This document shows, one piece after another, positions 60,503 to 64,000 of a stretch of 64,000 nt of DNA. The notes beneath the pieces are model-generated. The model searched no databases and was not told where the DNA came from. It worked only from the letters and a program-made list of their open reading frames with translations. The DNA lies in assembly GCA_965226495.1 (NCBI GenBank), contig OZ245365.1, forward strand, positions 3,360,001-3,424,000, given 5' to 3'. The first letter of the stretch is position 1; every line of letters begins with the position of its first letter. Source of the stretch: Candidatus Marinacidobacterales bacterium. GTDB lineage: Bacteria > Acidobacteriota > Vicinamibacteria > Marinacidobacterales > DATDRI01. A program made the translations under genes and the position numbers.

Positions 60503-60588
60503 TCAATCGGGGAAGTTCATGCGCCGCAGCAGGTCCTGGAAGCGGGGGTCGTCGCGGATGGGGTCGAACCATGGAGCGGCATTCGGAC
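60503..60588 (-). pseudogene. C-terminal remnant of a kinase/TPR (TolB-like) protein
   Basis: Encodes PWFDPIRDDPRFQDLLRRMNFPD*, the characteristic terminal motif of these proteins. Confidence 0.75.
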
Positions 60589-61521
60589 CTACCGTGTCTC
60601 CAAGTGACGCCGAAACCACTCGAGCATCGCCTGTCTGGCCTGCTCGGCGGCATCGCCTAGGAAACCGTGTCCCGCTCCAGGGATGAGAACGAACTGTGTT
60701 TCCACCCCATGCGCTCCAAGAGCCTCTGACATGGAGCGCCCTTCGACCGCGGAGACCTTCTCATCTGCGTCTCCAGTCACGATGAGCGTCGGGGCATCAT
60801 CGGAAGAAGCATGGTGCAGTGGCGACAGGGCGTGATAGTCCTCCTTGTCCACGAGCGCATGGTACAGCGGGAGTTGCTCCGGAGGGCGTGCAGCAATGTG
60901 ACGTTCCAGGTCAGACGGAGGGAAGTAGGCCACGACGGCGGCCACGCGGCTCGACATCCGGCCGAGGGACGTGGGGGCGTCCGCATCCCCCTCATCAGCC
61001 GTCGCGCCCAGGAGCAAGCCAAGAATGCCGCCGCCGCTCCCACCCCAGACTCCGAGTCGTTCCGGATCGACGCCGTACTCCAAGGCGTGGAGACGAATGA
61101 ATCGAACGGCTTGCCGGAGATCCGCCAGATGCTCGGGCATCTTGAACTGGGGTGCCGACCCGTGGTGCGCCTCGAAGACGGTGAATCCCTCGGCGAGCAA
61201 CGGAACGAAGCTAAACATGGGCAGCGGCGCCATCACCGTTCGAAGTTCGTCGTCGGTCGCCAATCGCAGGCTGCCGTTCGGTTCCTCCCGAAACTGATCC
61301 CACGCCCACGATGATCGGCCGCCACCGCTCCACAGGAAGATGATCGCCGCCCCGTTCTGGTCGGCTGGTTGATACACGTTCAACGTCAGCGCCAAGCCTG
61401 CCTTATTCCCGTAAACGACATGCGGGGTGATCTCGACCTCTTGGGCGTTCACTCGACCGCTCGAGACCAGGAGACAGCTCGCCAAGACAAGACCTAGTTT
61501 GGTACCCGCGTCGAGTGCCAT
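60589..61521 (-). CDS. Alpha/beta hydrolase (BD-FAE/HSL-like esterase), N-terminus chimeric with a kinase start
   Basis: GVDPERLGVWGGSGGG nucleophile elbow, PTLIVTGDAD, GAGHGF. Confidence 0.88.
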   Translation of the reverse strand: MALDAGTKLGLVLASCLLVSSGRVNAQEVEITPHVVYGNKAGLALTLNVYQPADQNGAAIIFLWSGGGRSSWAWDQFREEPNGSLRLATDDELRTVMAPLPMFSFVPLLAEGFTVFEAHHGSAPQFKMPEHLADLRQAVRFIRLHALEYGVDPERLGVWGGSGGGILGLLLGATADEGDADAPTSLGRMSSRVAAVVAYFPPSDLERHIAARPPEQLPLYHALVDKEDYHALSPLHHASSDDAPTLIVTGDADEKVSAVEGRSMSEALGAHGVETQFVLIPGAGHGFLGDAAEQARQAMLEWFRRHLETR

Positions 61522-61527
61522 TGGGTT

Positions 61528-61585
61528 CGTTGCCCTCACCCTACCCTCTCCCAAAGGGAGAGGGAATAACGGTAGGAAGCCATCA
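61528..61585. repeat. REP-like palindromic element, copy 2
   Basis: Reverse complement matches 11306-11363 with about 5 mismatches; overlaps the kinase stop codon. Confidence 0.85.
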
Positions 61586-64000
61586 TTTTGTAGGAGCGAG
61601 TTCTTTCAGCTCCTCGAACCAGTTGAGGACGAGGTTGATTTGGACTGATGCTGACTCCTGCTCGCTCTCTTTAATCATCACGAAACGCCTGCCGTCTGGA
61701 GCCACATCGTAGTGTGCATCGCCATTGCTCGAGGCAAAATACCTTCCTTCAAACAGGATCCGAGGCGTTCCGGGCCGAAACCAGGGCTCGAGCTCGACCG
61801 GAACGACCATCATTCGGGTTGCGTCAGGGCTGCGATAGAAGAGCTCATCGCCTTTTCCGGACCAAGTCGGTGCCCGCCCCCCCTCGGTGGAGATCGGATA
61901 TTTGCGGCCAGGTCCGGGGTAGGGTTGCACGTACACTTCTTGCCGACCCGACTCATTGGAAGTGTAGGCAAGCCAGCGTCCATCAGGGGAAAACATCGGC
62001 CCGTCTTCGGTGAACGAAGTGGCAAGAAACACCGAGGGCTCACCGTCTCTCGGTAGCACCCAGATGTCTCGTCCGGACGCGGAGCCTCTAATGGCGGAGA
62101 AGGTCAGCAACTCACCGTCTGGCGACCAAGAGTCAGGCAGTCCCGCGCCGTGTTCGCTCGTCAACAGGGGTTCCGCTTCACCGCTCCCGTCGGCCGGTAT
62201 CCAATAGAGGCCAGATCCGGTGTCAAACGCAACCCGCGTGCCGTCGGGTGTCCAGACCAAATGGCCTCCTCCGTCCGCGGCCAGTCGGGTGCGTCTGCCC
62301 TCTCCTCCAGCTTCATAGATCCAGACAGTGTTGGGCCCGGTTGATGACGCCATGCTCACGGCCACCTTGGTGCTATCAGGACTAATGCGGACGTCCACGT
62401 AGTGGCCCGCCTCGTCAATCAGCGGCTCCTCCCGCCCTTCACGGTCCACCCACACCAACCTGTTGGTCTGAACAACTCCGGGGACATAGACGAGCGATCC
62501 GTTTTCCGAAAAGGCGTAGTCGCTGGCACCACCGACTACGCGAGGGTTGACGCCTGCGATGACAGGTCTGGTCTCTCCCGTCGGCTCGATTCGGTCGGGA
62601 TCGAACGGGATGGCGAAGAGCGTGGCCTCGCGGGCATAGAGCAAGTGACCCGAGGACGCGTAGCGCGGATAGGTCCCGCCCCGGTGAACCACTTTCCTTT
62701 CGCCCGTCTCGAGGAGAACCGCCTCGATGGTCGCTTCCTCCATCGAATCGACCTCGAAAAGCACCGCCTCCCCGTTCGGTAGAAACCACGGCCAGCGGTG
62801 GCTTTGCTCGCCCTCTCTCAAGGTCGTGTGTTCCACCGGGGTTCCACCGGAAGCGGGCACGCGGTAGAGCCCGGTCCTACTGGTCCCATAAACGATCGTA
62901 TCGTCGGGTCCCCAGGTGCCGCCGCGGACGGCTAGCGCATCGGTAATGGTCAGCGCCGCGCCACCACTGACCGACACCTTCTTCAGGGCACCGGCGGCGA
63001 CAAACGCCAGCCAGCTACCGTCGGGCGAGAAGAAAGGACTGAAGGCGCCTTCGGTACCGGCCAGTGGCGTGGCTTCCAGATTGTCCAGCGACCGGAGGTA
63101 GATTTGAGAATTCCCGCCGGGCCTCTGGCCCACGAAAGCCAGCGTCTTCCCGTCCGGAGAAAGCACCGCCCTCGCGCCATTGTACGCGTGCGGGATCAAA
63201 TGTTCACCGCTGGACCCAAGGTTCATTGAAAGCCGCATCGGGAACGTTTCCGATGGCCACAAGATCCACAGTGTTGCCAACAAGGCAGCGGCAAGAAGGC
63301 CGGCGATGACCCACGATAGCGTGGGAGTTGGAGCCTTAGCCGCCTCCGATCGCACTGCAGCAGCCGGCTCGGCGAGGATGTCCTGAATCTCGACACGGAC
63401 GTCACCGATGGACTGGCGACGGTCTTTGCGATCCTTCCTGAGACATCGGCGCAGGAGGTTCTGGATACGTGGATCGAGTTCAGAAACCTCACTCCAGTCC
63501 GGCTCCATCTTCATGATGCTCGCCAAAACGTCCGAGACATCCTCACCGGCAAACGCCTTCTTTCCCGTCAACATCTCGTATAGCACGATGCCAAAAGAGA
63601 AAATGTCGGTGCGTTTATCAACCGTCTTGCCCTTGGCTTGCTCGGGGCTCATGTAGGCGGCGGTGCCGAGAATGACTCCCGCTCGCGTCGAGTCCCGCGT
63701 GAGTGTGGGGGACGAGGAGGAATCGGCCTCGGGCGTCTCTTCCGCGAACGCCTTGGCGAGCCCGAAGTCGAGGACCTTCACCTTGCCTTCGGAACTGACC
63801 TTGATGTTGGCTGGCTTCAGGTCGCGGTGGATGATTCCTTTTTCGTGAGCGGCTTCCATTGCTTCTGCAATCTGTAGGCAAAGCGGAAGTGCCTCATCGA
63901 CCGCAATCGGGCCGCGGGCAATCCGCTCGGCGAGAGTCTCACCGTCAACAAGCTCCATCGCCAGGTAATCGACGCCTTCCGACCGCTCGAGTCCATACAG
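61583..64000 (-). CDS. Ser/Thr protein kinase with C-terminal TolB/PD40-like propeller, 5'-partial
   Basis: HRDLKPAN, KVLDFGLAK, GTAAYMSPEQ, SPDG repeats, VLNWFEELK end. Confidence 0.95.
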   Translation of the reverse strand: MYGLERSEGVDYLAMELVDGETLAERIARGPIAVDEALPLCLQIAEAMEAAHEKGIIHRDLKPANIKVSSEGKVKVLDFGLAKAFAEETPEADSSSSPTLTRDSTRAGVILGTAAYMSPEQAKGKTVDKRTDIFSFGIVLYEMLTGKKAFAGEDVSDVLASIMKMEPDWSEVSELDPRIQNLLRRCLRKDRKDRRQSIGDVRVEIQDILAEPAAAVRSEAAKAPTPTLSWVIAGLLAAALLATLWILWPSETFPMRLSMNLGSSGEHLIPHAYNGARAVLSPDGKTLAFVGQRPGGNSQIYLRSLDNLEATPLAGTEGAFSPFFSPDGSWLAFVAAGALKKVSVSGGAALTITDALAVRGGTWGPDDTIVYGTSRTGLYRVPASGGTPVEHTTLREGEQSHRWPWFLPNGEAVLFEVDSMEEATIEAVLLETGERKVVHRGGTYPRYASSGHLLYAREATLFAIPFDPDRIEPTGETRPVIAGVNPRVVGGASDYAFSENGSLVYVPGVVQTNRLVWVDREGREEPLIDEAGHYVDVRISPDSTKVAVSMASSTGPNTVWIYEAGGEGRRTRLAADGGGHLVWTPDGTRVAFDTGSGLYWIPADGSGEAEPLLTSEHGAGLPDSWSPDGELLTFSAIRGSASGRDIWVLPRDGEPSVFLATSFTEDGPMFSPDGRWLAYTSNESGRQEVYVQPYPGPGRKYPISTEGGRAPTWSGKGDELFYRSPDATRMMVVPVELEPWFRPGTPRILFEGRYFASSNGDAHYDVAPDGRRFVMIKESEQESASVQINLVLNWFEELKELAPTK

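Overview
A 64 kb GC-rich bacterial chromosomal segment. It is most consistent with Acidobacteriota (inferred from an ADOP-type orphan ABC permease, Ser/Thr kinase-TolB and kinase-TPR genes, and many secreted peptidases). Housekeeping and metabolic genes include asparaginase, glpK, ppc, lactate permease, dihydropyrimidinase, tam, hemD and a cysH-siroheme-sulfite reductase operon. Signalling genes include a Cpx-like TCS, a heme-c sensor kinase, a GGDEF protein and a PilZ protein. Pseudogenes are unusually frequent, and many keep both gene ends but have lost internal segments. The strongest hidden signals are: (1) a lipoprotein rhodanese whose active-site loop is Cys-Thr-UGA, followed by a SECIS-like hairpin and an in-frame completion of the fold, i.e. 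a probable selenoprotein; (2) a promoter/leader-ORF/antiterminator/terminator attenuator in front of the cys operon; (3) an RRM RNA-binding protein gene that appears to start at ATT; (4) a hydrolase gene sitting between the first and last codons of a vanished Ser/Thr kinase; (5) an orphan PhnD-like protein with a C-terminal CxxxCH, coupled to a membrane AlkP-superfamily enzyme carrying PASTA domains. No rRNA, tRNA, CRISPR array or transposase was recognised. All family calls come from motif recognition, not database searches.
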